A DNA stretch of 32,000 nucleotides, from assembly GCF_000306885.1 (NCBI RefSeq), contig NC_018267.1, positions 480,001 to 512,000 of the forward strand, in the 5' to 3' direction. The notes below the pieces were generated by a model. The model searched no databases. It was not told the DNA's origin and saw only the letters and a program-made list of their open reading frames with translations. A program made the translations under genes and the position numbers. Every line of letters begins with the position of its first letter. The stretch's first letter is position 1. This document shows, in pieces, positions 22,798-32,000 of the stretch. The stretch comes from Wolbachia endosymbiont of Onchocerca ochengi. Lineage in GTDB: Bacteria > Pseudomonadota > Alphaproteobacteria > Rickettsiales > Anaplasmataceae.

Positions 22798-23910
22798 GTG
22801 CTAAAGGAATTTAAGATTGAGCCTTTGTTAAGAGGTAAAGTTCCACAGCAAATTAAAGCTGTGATTGCAATGTCTGGTGGAGTTGATAGCTCTGTTGTTG
22901 CAGTGTTGCTACATCATCTTGGATACCAAGTGATAGGCATAACTCTTCGTCTATATGGTGGTGATGGTAATGTAAGAAAAGGTGCGTGCTGTGCTGGACA
23001 AGATATTTATGATGCAAAAAGTGTAGCTGAAAGCACTGGCTTTCCTCATTATATTTTAAACTACGAAGAAACATTTAGGGAAGAAGTAATAGAAGATTTT
23101 GTAAATACCTATATGCATGGAGAAACTCCTATACCATGTGTAAAGTGTAATCAAACAGTGAAATTTCGTGATCTATTACGGGTTGCAAAAAATCTTGGTG
23201 CGGATGTGTTAGTTACAGGACATTATGTGAGAAGAATAGAAAAAGATGGCAAAATAATGTTATATAAAAGCATTGATAAAAGTAAAGACCAAAGTTATTT
23301 TCTATTTGCTACGACAGAAGAGCAACTGAAGCTTTTGAGATTTCCTCTTGGTGGATTCTATAAATGTGATGTAAGAAAATTAGCGAAGTATTTTGGTTTA
23401 CGAATTTCTGAAAAGCCAGATAGTCAAGATATATGCTTCGTTTCCAAAAGCTATAGCAAAACTATAGCTAAGTTAGCTCCACAGTCTATGCAAAAAGGCA
23501 GGATTATGGATGTAAATGGGAAAGTACTAGGGGAACATAATGGTATAGTGAATTTCACAGTTGGTCAAAGAAAAGGCTTGGGTGTTTCATACAATGAACC
23601 TCTTTATGTGATAAAAATTAATACGGAAGGTAATGAAGTTGTAGTGGGCCCGGTTGACGCACTAATACAAAGAAAAGTATTGATTAAGGAGTTAAATTGG
23701 TTAGAACAGCCAAGGAAGGGTATGAAAGTAACTGTGAAACTTAGATCGTCACATGCGGGAAGTTTAGCAGCGATATATCCAATTGAAGAACAGAATAAAG
23801 CTTGTGTCATTTTAAACAATGATTACTTTGGTATTAGTCCAGGTCAAGCTTGTGTAGTATATAAAAATGAACAAGTTATCGGTGGTGGATGGATATGCTC
23901 CCTTATCTAA
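22798..23910 (+). CDS. mnmA: tRNA-specific 2-thiouridylase MnmA
   Basis: 370 aa, GTG start; [80 protein letters not shown]. Confidence 0.97.
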   Translation: MLKEFKIEPLLRGKVPQQIKAVIAMSGGVDSSVVAVLLHHLGYQVIGITLRLYGGDGNVRKGACCAGQDIYDAKSVAESTGFPHYILNYEETFREEVIEDFVNTYMHGETPIPCVKCNQTVKFRDLLRVAKNLGADVLVTGHYVRRIEKDGKIMLYKSIDKSKDQSYFLFATTEEQLKLLRFPLGGFYKCDVRKLAKYFGLRISEKPDSQDICFVSKSYSKTIAKLAPQSMQKGRIMDVNGKVLGEHNGIVNFTVGQRKGLGVSYNEPLYVIKINTEGNEVVVGPVDALIQRKVLIKELNWLEQPRKGMKVTVKLRSSHAGSLAAIYPIEEQNKACVILNNDYFGISPGQACVVYKNEQVIGGGWICSLI

Positions 23911-24489
23911 AAGATTTTATGGTACTAGAGGTGTTCACAGACTAGTAAAATTAAGTAAAATTTCTTTTACCATAACCTTAGTTACAGCAAGATATGTAAA
24001 ATTTTCAGTGGATGTTGTGACAAAATCTTATTTCTATTGATAGGAGCTTCCTGTTTCTGTTGATCCAAGCAGAAGGCTTTTCTGCAATTTGCCTTCTTAG
24101 CTGTTTTTTAAATCTTTACTTTATTATTGATAGCAACTTAGGTAGTGTATCTCTGTGTATCTAAAGTCTACTATGCTTTTTTCTTGCTTTTTACTTTTCT
24201 ACTCTCATCGTAGCCTTTAGCTTTTCTGCTGTTTTAACAGATTAACTTTTACTTATACGAGGGTTGAATATTCATTTTTTCCTGTTTTCTTTTAAATTAT
24301 GTTTGAAAATTCATAATTTAATTTTTCAAGGATTTCTGCTTTTTTCATTCCTAAAATTATTAATCTATTACTTTAAAAAGTAAATACTCAACTTTAAATA
24401 TCATTATGATATTTTACTTAAAATAAATCTATGTTTGCATAGTAGGTTTGTATGCACTATTATTATAGCTAGTTTTATGGTAAACAAGT

Positions 24490-25254
24490 ATGGCAAAGTT
24501 ATTTGCATTATTGGTAATATTTTACTCGAATATATCAATTGCTTCTGTTCCTACTTCTTGGCAATTTGGGTTTCCTGCACCTGCGACTGAGATAATGGAG
24601 ATTGTAGTTAAGTCGCATTCGTTTGTAATGAGTATAATGGTGGGAATAATGCTTTTTGTATGGGCGCTGCTTGTTTATGTAATATTTCGCTTTCGCAAAA
24701 GCAAAATAACAAATATAAGTCGAACGAATCATAACATCATTTTAGAAATTATCTGGTTTGTTATACCAACGATTATTGTTGGTGTATTGGCTTTTAAAAA
24801 TGCCCAATTAGTTAAACTGCAAGAAAAGGTACCAAAGTCTGATATGACACTAAAAGTTATTGGCCACCAGTGGTATTGGAACTATCAGTATCCAGAACAT
24901 CAAGGTATATCATTTGATAGCTACATTAAGGGAACAGATGATTTTACCGAAGAAGATTTGAGGTTATTTTCTGTTGATAATAATGTTGTTTTACCTATTA
25001 GTACTAATATTCGTTTACAGGTTACTGCAGGAGATGTAATACATAGCTGGGGAGTACCAGCTTTCGGTGTAAAAATTGATGCAATACCAGGTAGACTAAA
25101 TGAGGCGTGGTTCAATATCAAAAAACCTGGTGTTTACTATGGTCAATGTTATGAGTTGTGCGGTCAAGGTCATGGTTTTATGCCAATTGTTGTTAAGGCA
25201 GTGAGTAAGGAAGATTTTAATGAGTGGATTGAAAGTAAAAAATTAGTAAGTTAG
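24490..25254 (+). CDS. coxB: Cytochrome c oxidase subunit II
   Basis: 254 aa; two TM helices, GHQWYWNYQYPEH, DVIHSWGVPAFGVKIDAIPGRLNE, CuA site YGQCYELCGQGHGFMPIVV. Confidence 0.97.
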   Translation: MAKLFALLVIFYSNISIASVPTSWQFGFPAPATEIMEIVVKSHSFVMSIMVGIMLFVWALLVYVIFRFRKSKITNISRTNHNIILEIIWFVIPTIIVGVLAFKNAQLVKLQEKVPKSDMTLKVIGHQWYWNYQYPEHQGISFDSYIKGTDDFTEEDLRLFSVDNNVVLPISTNIRLQVTAGDVIHSWGVPAFGVKIDAIPGRLNEAWFNIKKPGVYYGQCYELCGQGHGFMPIVVKAVSKEDFNEWIESKKLVS

Positions 25255-25269
25255 GTTTGGAGTATAGGT

Positions 25270-26820
25270 ATGAGTGATATATCAAAGGGTGTAAGACGTT
25301 GGTTACTTTCTACTAATCACAAAGATATAGGTACATTATACATTGTTTTTTCTATATTAGCTGGAATCATTGGTGGATTGTTGTCAATAGCTATTCGTAC
25401 TCAGCTAATGCATATTAATATATTAAATAGTAACTACCAATTATATAACGTAATAGTTACAGGACATGCAGTAATAATGGTATTTTTTATGATAATGCCA
25501 GCTCTGATGGGAGGATTTGGTAATTGGTTTGTACCTCTTATGATTGGTTCACCAGATATGGCATTTCCTCGTATGAATAATTTAAGCTTTTGGTTATTAG
25601 TGTCGTCTTTTATTCTACTTATTCTTTCGGTGTTTGCTGGTGAAGGCCCTGGAACAGGATGGACTTTATACCCACCTTTGTCGCAAATCATGTTCCACCC
25701 AGGTGCAGGGGTTGACCTTGCTATATTTGCACTTCATGTCGCTGGTATCTCCTCAATTGTTGGAGCAATCAACTTTATAGTTACTATATTCAATATGCGT
25801 GCAAAAGGCATGTCATTAACCAAGATGCCACTATTTGTTTGGTCTATTTTATTGACGTCGTTTATGTTAATTATTGCTTTACCTGTACTTGCTGGTGCTA
25901 TAACTATGCTACTTGCTGATCGTAATATTGGCACTTCCTTTTTTGATCCTGCTGGTGGTGGTGATCCTGTATTATTTCAACATCTATTTTGGTTTTTTGG
26001 TCATCCAGAAGTTTATATCATTATTTTTCCTGCATTTGGCATCATAAGCCAAGTTGTGTCAACTTTTTCTCGTAGACCAGTGTTTGGTTATATGGGGATG
26101 GTTTATGCTATGATAGGTATAGCAACGTTTGGCTTTATAGTCTGGGCTCACCATATGTTCACTGTTGGACTTAGTGAAGATGCTATTATATTTTTTAGTA
26201 CTGGCACAATTTTCATTGGTGTTATCACTGGTGTCAAAGTCTTTAGTTGGATTGCAACTATGTGGGGTGGAGCAGTTGAGTTTAAAACTCCTATGCTGTT
26301 TGCACTAGGTTTTATTTTCATGTTTATTATCGGTGGTGTAACTGGGATAATTTCATCTCAAGGTGGAGTGGATAGATTATTACACGACACATATTATATT
26401 GTTGCTCACTTCCATTATGTTATGTCGATAGCTGTATTGTTTGGAGCCTTTGCTGGCTTTTATTATTGGATAGGTAAAATGTCTGGTAAGCAGTATAATG
26501 AATGCCTAGGAAAAATACACTTTTGGTTTACTTTTATTAGTACTAATATCACATTTTTGCCTCAGCATTTCTTAGGGTTAGCTGGTATGCCAAGGCGTAT
26601 ACCTGATTATCCTGATGCATTTATTTTTTGGAATTATGTATCCTCAGTTGGTTCATATATGTCCTTTATTTCAGTTATACTTTTTGTGTTTATAGTTATA
26701 CATCTATTCAAATGGGGTAAAAAAGTTGGAGATAACCCTTGGGGAGGTGACACCTTAGAGTGGACAGTATCTTCACCGCCACCTTTTCACACTTTTGAAA
26801 AACCACCAGTAATAAAATAG
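25270..26820 (+). CDS. coxA: Cytochrome c oxidase subunit I
   Basis: 516 aa; [64 protein letters not shown]. Confidence 0.98.
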   Translation: MSDISKGVRRWLLSTNHKDIGTLYIVFSILAGIIGGLLSIAIRTQLMHINILNSNYQLYNVIVTGHAVIMVFFMIMPALMGGFGNWFVPLMIGSPDMAFPRMNNLSFWLLVSSFILLILSVFAGEGPGTGWTLYPPLSQIMFHPGAGVDLAIFALHVAGISSIVGAINFIVTIFNMRAKGMSLTKMPLFVWSILLTSFMLIIALPVLAGAITMLLADRNIGTSFFDPAGGGDPVLFQHLFWFFGHPEVYIIIFPAFGIISQVVSTFSRRPVFGYMGMVYAMIGIATFGFIVWAHHMFTVGLSEDAIIFFSTGTIFIGVITGVKVFSWIATMWGGAVEFKTPMLFALGFIFMFIIGGVTGIISSQGGVDRLLHDTYYIVAHFHYVMSIAVLFGAFAGFYYWIGKMSGKQYNECLGKIHFWFTFISTNITFLPQHFLGLAGMPRRIPDYPDAFIFWNYVSSVGSYMSFISVILFVFIVIHLFKWGKKVGDNPWGGDTLEWTVSSPPPFHTFEKPPVIK

Positions 26821-26821
26821 G

Positions 26822-27709
26822 ATGCATACAAGTACTTTGTTAAATGTTGAATCAACAATACTGGATTTTTGGCGCTTGCTGAAGCCAAGGATAATATACC
26901 TTGTAGTATTTACTGCAGTTGCTGGAATGGTTGCTGCACCAGGTAATATACATCCTTTTCTTGCGCTAATATCTATTATATGTATTGCCCTTGGCTCAGG
27001 ATCTGCAGGTGCCATAAATATGTGGTATGATAGGGACATAGATCTGCTTATGAAAAGGACACAAGATCGTCCTATACCTTCAGGTAGAGTCTCTGCGGAA
27101 AGTGCTCTTGAATTTGGTATAATTCTTGGAGTATTGTCAGTATTTATTATGGCAATAGCAGTGAATTATATTTCTGCTGCTTTACTTGCAATTGGCATAT
27201 TGTTTTACGTTTTTATATATACGATTTGGCTTAAAAGACGCACTCCACAAAATATCGTTGTCGGTGGTGTATCAGGTGCTTTCCCCCCAATGATTGGTTG
27301 GGCAGCCGTAACTAACTCTGTAAGTTGGGAAAGTTTTATATTATTTTTGATAATTTTCATGTGGACTCCACCACATTTTTGGGCTCTATCTCTGAATAAA
27401 TCTGAGGAATATGTGAAAGTGTCAATCCCAATGTTTAATATTGTTTACGGCTCAGAGAAAACAAGAAAACGTATATTGATCTATAGTATATTGTTAGTAT
27501 TAACCAGCTTACTTCCATCATTATTTTTGAAAAAGGTTTTGCTTTACCTAACTATAGCAATTCTTGAGGGTTGTGTTTTTATTTGGTATGCTATATCTAT
27601 TATTAGATTTAAAAGTCATAGCTCACAGAGAAAAATGTTTTCTTATTCGATTTCTTACCTATTTTCTCTGTTTGCTAGTATTATTTTTTGTTCCGTTGAT
27701 TGGTTTTAG
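26822..27709 (+). CDS. ctaB: Protoheme IX farnesyltransferase (heme O synthase)
   Basis: 295 aa; [57 protein letters not shown]. It starts 1 nt after the coxA stop. Confidence 0.96.
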   Translation: MHTSTLLNVESTILDFWRLLKPRIIYLVVFTAVAGMVAAPGNIHPFLALISIICIALGSGSAGAINMWYDRDIDLLMKRTQDRPIPSGRVSAESALEFGIILGVLSVFIMAIAVNYISAALLAIGILFYVFIYTIWLKRRTPQNIVVGGVSGAFPPMIGWAAVTNSVSWESFILFLIIFMWTPPHFWALSLNKSEEYVKVSIPMFNIVYGSEKTRKRILIYSILLVLTSLLPSLFLKKVLLYLTIAILEGCVFIWYAISIIRFKSHSSQRKMFSYSISYLFSLFASIIFCSVDWF

Positions 27710-27711
27710 CT

Positions 27712-27819
27712 ATGAAGGAACAGCAGAAACACAAAAACTACTTTTTACTTTCTCTCCTGGTAGTGCTCATTGTTGTGCTTTTTTTTGTTTCTATAATAAA
27801 ATTTAAAGGTACAGCTTAA
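27712..27819 (+). CDS. Small single-TM protein downstream of ctaB (35 aa, below the ORF-track cut-off)
   Basis: ATG 2 nt after the ctaB stop; MKEQQKHKNYFLLSLLVVLIVVLFFVSIIKFKGTA*: basic N-terminus, one hydrophobic helix, basic exit. It fits the tight operon spacing. Confidence 0.6.
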   Translation: MKEQQKHKNYFLLSLLVVLIVVLFFVSIIKFKGTA

Positions 27820-27899
27820 ATTACCTTGTCCTGTAAGTTTCATTAAAATTGTGCTTTCATAGAAGCAGCTATATACTTTATTAGTTTATATAGTTAAAA

Positions 27900-28337
27900 A
27901 TGAATAAGAAAGAAGTAACAATATATACAGATGGAGCATGTTCTGGTAATCCAGGAACAGGAGGATGGGCAGTAATAGTATTATTTAAAGGACATAGAAA
28001 GAATATTTATGGTAGAGAGAAAAATACTACAAATAATAAAATGGAATTAACAGCGGTGATCAATGGACTGAGGGCATTGAAATTTCCTTGTAATATTAAT
28101 TTGTATACAGATAGCCTTTATGTTAAACGTGGTATAACAGAATGGATAAATAAGTGGAAAACAAACGGTTGGAAGACAAGTAATAAAAAGTCAGTAAAGA
28201 ACGTAGAATTATGGAAAGAGTTAGATAATGCTGCCTCACAACACGAGATTAATTGGAAATGGGTTAAAGCGCATAGTTGTAACAAGCACAACGAGGAGGC
28301 CGATAATTTAGCAAGAAAAGCAATAATCGATGCTTAA
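27900..28337 (+). CDS. rnhA: Ribonuclease HI
   Basis: 145 aa; IYTDGACSGNPGTGGWAV, MELTAVINGLRAL, LYTDSLYVKRGITEWI, WKWVKAHSCNKHNEEADNLAR. Confidence 0.96.
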   Translation: MNKKEVTIYTDGACSGNPGTGGWAVIVLFKGHRKNIYGREKNTTNNKMELTAVINGLRALKFPCNINLYTDSLYVKRGITEWINKWKTNGWKTSNKKSVKNVELWKELDNAASQHEINWKWVKAHSCNKHNEEADNLARKAIIDA

Positions 28338-31300
28338 GAAAATCACTATATTATTTTCTATAGTTTTGTTATTTATATTTTGCTTTTTTATTTTGTTTAA
28401 AGGTAGAGATCCTTTAGAAATCAATGCTAATTATATTAATTTCTATATAAAAAAGAAGATATTAAGAACGTTTGCTAATGCAAATATCAATATGGGGAAT
28501 ATTTCAGTTGTATGGCAGAAAGGCGGCAAAGATCCATGCCTAGTTATTACAGATTTTAAAGTAGCAAATCCTAATTTTGCTATAAAAATTTCCAACTTTT
28601 CTATATATTTTAAGTTAAGCTCCTTACTTAAGACTAATATACAATTTTCTCAGGTTTTGGCTGATAAAGTATATGTAGATATTTGGCCTATCGCTGTCAT
28701 TCCAGCGCGTAACTCTAGAATCCAAGAAAAAAAAGAATGGATCTCAGTACCAGTCGCTTGGATGACAACAGACTGGACTACTAATAATAAGAAAAAAGCT
28801 GGCTTCAAAGAGGTTGATTTTAATTTTCAAAATTCTTTGAAAGTGATGAGGGAGTTATTTTTTAACTTAAGTGCAGATTCAAAGATTGAAATTACTAATA
28901 TTGCTATCAGTAAAGATATAAAAAATGAATTTTTTATTAATAAAATATATGTAGGGAAGGGAGAGGATTTTGATGTTTTGGATATTTATGTCCACACAAA
29001 AGATAAAAGAGGGGTTTTGGATGATTTATCTATTGTGATAAAAAATCGCAATGGTTTATTAAATGTGAGTGGGACATTCTATAACTTGAAATTGGAATTA
29101 TTAAATAAGTTTCTTACGTTAGTTAAAAATTACAGTTTGGGTAAAAACATAGGCTTCAAAGGAAGCTTTTCAATGAAGATCAACGGAAAGGATGAAGTTG
29201 TAGACGGAAATGTATATATATTGGATATAGGAAATCATTTAAATGAAGACTTATCCATAGCTAACGTAAATATAAATTTAATATATGCTAATGGAATCAT
29301 TAATGTGAAGAATTTCCATTTTAATTTATATGATATATATATATCTTTAATGGGTAAGATGAACTTTAGTACAAGTAATGCTCTGCTTAGGGTTAATATT
29401 AGTAAATTTGCTGCAAGGGATTTATGTACCTATGTACCAGATGGTATAGTAAATAGTAAATTTAAAAAATGGTATTGTCGTAATATTGATGGGTATATTG
29501 TGAATACAGTTATAAGTTTTAACGGCAAAGTCAATAACTTAATTAATAATAATCTATCAGATGTTGTGGTTGTTGCTGATATAGAGAACGGTAGTATAAA
29601 ATTTGATGAAGGCTCTAAACAAGTAAAGGAATTAAACGGTGACTTAGCTCTCAGAAATAACAATCTTAAAATTACTGTAAATAGTGCTAAATTTCAGAAT
29701 TTTACTATTGATGATGGTTACGTTGAAATGGATTCTCTCAATAAAGAAGATTCAGTTCTTGTTATTAATGGCAAAGCTGTGAGTGATGCCTATGGGTTGT
29801 ATGAGCATGTTAAATTCAAGCTAGATGATATTATTGAAGTTACAAAGGATAAGATAGATGGAAAGGTAAAATCTGTATTCAATTTCCGTGTTTTTAATCT
29901 GAACGCTGATGACAAAAAAGCAGACTTTTCAGCTAACTTCTATTCTAAAATTGACAATTTAGTTATCTGTGATGTAAGTCTTGGTAAGTATGATGTTAAG
30001 CTTGATTTTGGTAAAGATTTCATTAATTTACGTGGAAATGGTATGGTAAATAATACACAGCTAGTATTTGATCTAAAAAGTAGCAACAAAAATAGAAGTT
30101 TTACTTGGAATTTGACCGGAGATTTACCTGCTAAAATACTTAATTTTGGTGGTGGCTATGTCAATACAAACATAGAGTCAGTGATAAATCAAGATAAGAC
30201 TGGGTATATTAATGGTAACGTGGATTTATCAGAGCTTGAATCGCATTCAAGCTACTTAGGGCGAAAAAATCATTTTGAGGATCACAATAAGATTTTATTT
30301 TCTACAAGGTTAAAAGGAGCAGGTGAGTTACTAATAGATAAATTAGATGTCATAGGAAGTGGCTTGGATATAAAATTTAGCGGAAAATTAGAAAATGGGA
30401 ATTTATATCTAAACTCTAGCAACTTCAAACTACCAGATAATAACTTGAGTGTAGAGATTGAATTAGGTAAAGGGAAAAATATCATAACTATCTATGGTGA
30501 GAAAATGAACTTGGGTGATATCTTGGATTTGCTTGGCAAAGATAGTAATGGATTAAGCAGTGACATAGAAGTTGGTATGGATATTGATAACGTAGTTATG
30601 AAAGAAGATATCATTATTAAAAATGTTAAGCTGAATTTAACTTGTACTAAAGGTGATTGCAGTGGAAGTCGATTTACAGGACAGTTTTTGAAAGATAATG
30701 GTGATATACTAGCAGAGTATAGTGGAATAGGTCTTGAAATATATACGGATAATTCAGGCATACTTTTGCGTTCTTTAGGCATTAGTAAATCAATTAAAAA
30801 TGGCAAATTATCTTTTTATCTATCTCCTCAGAGAAAGAGTGGAGACCATTATGGTATGTTATCCATTAGTAATTTCTACGTCAAAGATGCTCCACTACTT
30901 ACTACTTTGTTGTCGATGTCTTCATTACCTGGTATTGTGAACGTCATAAAGAATGAAGGTGTATATTTTGATAAGTGTAACGTACCTTTTTCATACAAAG
31001 ATGGTACTATTGAGATTGAAGAGTCCTGGCTTGAAGGAGCAGAATTAGGCATTAGCACCAGTGGTAAGTTCGATATTAAAGATCATAAGTTTCAGGTTGA
31101 AGGACAAGTAATACCAGCGTACTCAATTAATAAATCTCTATTAAAAATTCCTATAATTGGAAAACTTCTTACTGGTGGAAAAAGTAGAGGAATTATTTCA
31201 ATAGACTATAAAGCAAGTGGTGATGATAAAAATAGTAATGTATCTGTTAACCCTATCTTTTCGTTAACTCCAAGCCTATTTAAGAGATTGTTGGAAGTGT

Positions 31301-31380
31301 TTGATCGTGCTATGACAAAAACTAACGAGGCTATCACCAGAGGCATAAAAGGCAGTCTAAAAAGGAAATTCACCTTCTAG
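28330..31380 (+). CDS. AsmA-like / DUF3971 (YhdP/TamB-like) large envelope protein
   Basis: 1016 aa; N-terminal TM helix, then long beta-rich repetitive sequence with a C-terminal AsmA-like block (FTGQFLKDNGDILAEYSGIG..., APLLTTLLSMSSLPGIVNVIKNEGVYFDKCNVPFSYKDGTIEIEESWLEGAELGISTSGKFDIKDHKFQVEGQVIPAYSINKSLLKIPIIGKLLTGG). Confidence 0.8.
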   Translation: MLKKITILFSIVLLFIFCFFILFKGRDPLEINANYINFYIKKKILRTFANANINMGNISVVWQKGGKDPCLVITDFKVANPNFAIKISNFSIYFKLSSLLKTNIQFSQVLADKVYVDIWPIAVIPARNSRIQEKKEWISVPVAWMTTDWTTNNKKKAGFKEVDFNFQNSLKVMRELFFNLSADSKIEITNIAISKDIKNEFFINKIYVGKGEDFDVLDIYVHTKDKRGVLDDLSIVIKNRNGLLNVSGTFYNLKLELLNKFLTLVKNYSLGKNIGFKGSFSMKINGKDEVVDGNVYILDIGNHLNEDLSIANVNINLIYANGIINVKNFHFNLYDIYISLMGKMNFSTSNALLRVNISKFAARDLCTYVPDGIVNSKFKKWYCRNIDGYIVNTVISFNGKVNNLINNNLSDVVVVADIENGSIKFDEGSKQVKELNGDLALRNNNLKITVNSAKFQNFTIDDGYVEMDSLNKEDSVLVINGKAVSDAYGLYEHVKFKLDDIIEVTKDKIDGKVKSVFNFRVFNLNADDKKADFSANFYSKIDNLVICDVSLGKYDVKLDFGKDFINLRGNGMVNNTQLVFDLKSSNKNRSFTWNLTGDLPAKILNFGGGYVNTNIESVINQDKTGYINGNVDLSELESHSSYLGRKNHFEDHNKILFSTRLKGAGELLIDKLDVIGSGLDIKFSGKLENGNLYLNSSNFKLPDNNLSVEIELGKGKNIITIYGEKMNLGDILDLLGKDSNGLSSDIEVGMDIDNVVMKEDIIIKNVKLNLTCTKGDCSGSRFTGQFLKDNGDILAEYSGIGLEIYTDNSGILLRSLGISKSIKNGKLSFYLSPQRKSGDHYGMLSISNFYVKDAPLLTTLLSMSSLPGIVNVIKNEGVYFDKCNVPFSYKDGTIEIEESWLEGAELGISTSGKFDIKDHKFQVEGQVIPAYSINKSLLKIPIIGKLLTGGKSRGIISIDYKASGDDKNSNVSVNPIFSLTPSLFKRLLEVFDRAMTKTNEAITRGIKGSLKRKFTF

Positions 31381-31507
31381 GGTTATGAGACTAAAAAAAT
31401 GTTATTCTGTTATTGAAATATAGATAATAGATAATATGCTTATGCTCTACTTGAGTGCTCACATACGCTATAAAAAGAAGTATTTAAGCTCTATTTTTTA
31501 TTTTCCA

Positions 31508-32000
31508 TTAAGTATTACTCTTTGTCTTCTTTTCAATATACCTACACACTATAATAGATAGCTCGTACAGAATCAACATTGGTACTGCGAGCCCTACTTG
31601 GCTTAATACATCAGGTGGAGTTAGAACTGCAGCAATAATAAAAATTACCACTATTGCAATTCTGCGCTTATTTGATAAACTTTGCGTGGTAAGTAATCCA
31701 ACCCTAACCATTAATGTGAGTATGACTGGGATTTGAAATGCAGTGCCAAATGCGAACATAAATTGGAGAACAAGGTCTAAATATTCACTAACTGATGGCA
31801 TAAACTCTATTGGTATACCGAAAGGTTTGCCACTATGTTCAAAAGTAATAAAAAACCTCCAAGCTAAAGGAAATATATAGTAATAAACTACAGCGGCTCC
31901 CATTATAAATAAGACCGGTGTTGCAATTAAATATGGTAACAACACTGCCCTTTCGCTTTTGTATAAGCCAGGTGCTAAAAACATATAAAATTTCCATGCA
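31508..32000 (-). CDS. tatC: Sec-independent protein translocase TatC (5' end beyond the window)
   Basis: The frame stays open to the window edge: AWKFYMFLAPGLYKSERAVLLPYLIATPVLFIMGAAVVYYYIFPLAWRFF..., MPSVSEYLDLVLQFMFAFGTAFQIPVILTLMVRVGL, IVVIFIIAAVLTPPDVLSQVGLAVPMLILYE. Confidence 0.95.
   Translation of the reverse strand, partial: AWKFYMFLAPGLYKSERAVLLPYLIATPVLFIMGAAVVYYYIFPLAWRFFITFEHSGKPFGIPIEFMPSVSEYLDLVLQFMFAFGTAFQIPVILTLMVRVGLLTTQSLSNKRRIAIVVIFIIAAVLTPPDVLSQVGLAVPMLILYELSIIVCRYIEKKTKSNT

Noticed and set aside
27564-27806. 80 aa ORF overlapping ctaB
   Set aside because: Its frame lies inside the well-supported ctaB C-terminus. The real downstream small gene is in a different frame at 27712-27819.

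Overview
This is an AT-rich 32 kb chromosomal segment from an obligate-intracellular alphaproteobacterium of the Anaplasmataceae type (Wolbachia/Ehrlichia-like). I did not assign a genus. Recognisable genes are ctrA-like regulator, rnpB RNA (minus), bcp, rimM, efp, an IMPase/SuhB-like gene, hemA (ALAS), htpG, a HAD phosphatase plus an RDD protein, SURF1, ftsH, tilS, pal, mreB, mnmA, coxB-coxA-ctaB, rnhA, an AsmA-like giant protein, and the 3' part of tatC. Coding density is low (about 73% by my hand sum), with several ORF-poor spacers. I saw no CRISPR array, transposon, phage gene, restriction system or toxin system. The points of interest are gene decay and enzyme repurposing: (1) a heavily decayed PleC-like hybrid/sensor histidine kinase near 2.84-4.06 kb; (2) an intact 475 aa ORF with the M32 (Taq) carboxypeptidase fold signature but with the HExxH zinc motif replaced by RYSGY; (3) an intact IMPase-family ORF lacking the metal-binding DPxDGT and WDxAAG motifs; (4) a Ser/Gln-rich protein with a C-terminal bilobed hydrophobic hairpin, a candidate host-membrane effector; (5) an unannotated 35 aa single-TM ORF directly after ctaB; (6) at least one more decaying gene on the minus strand near 12.4-13.1 kb.
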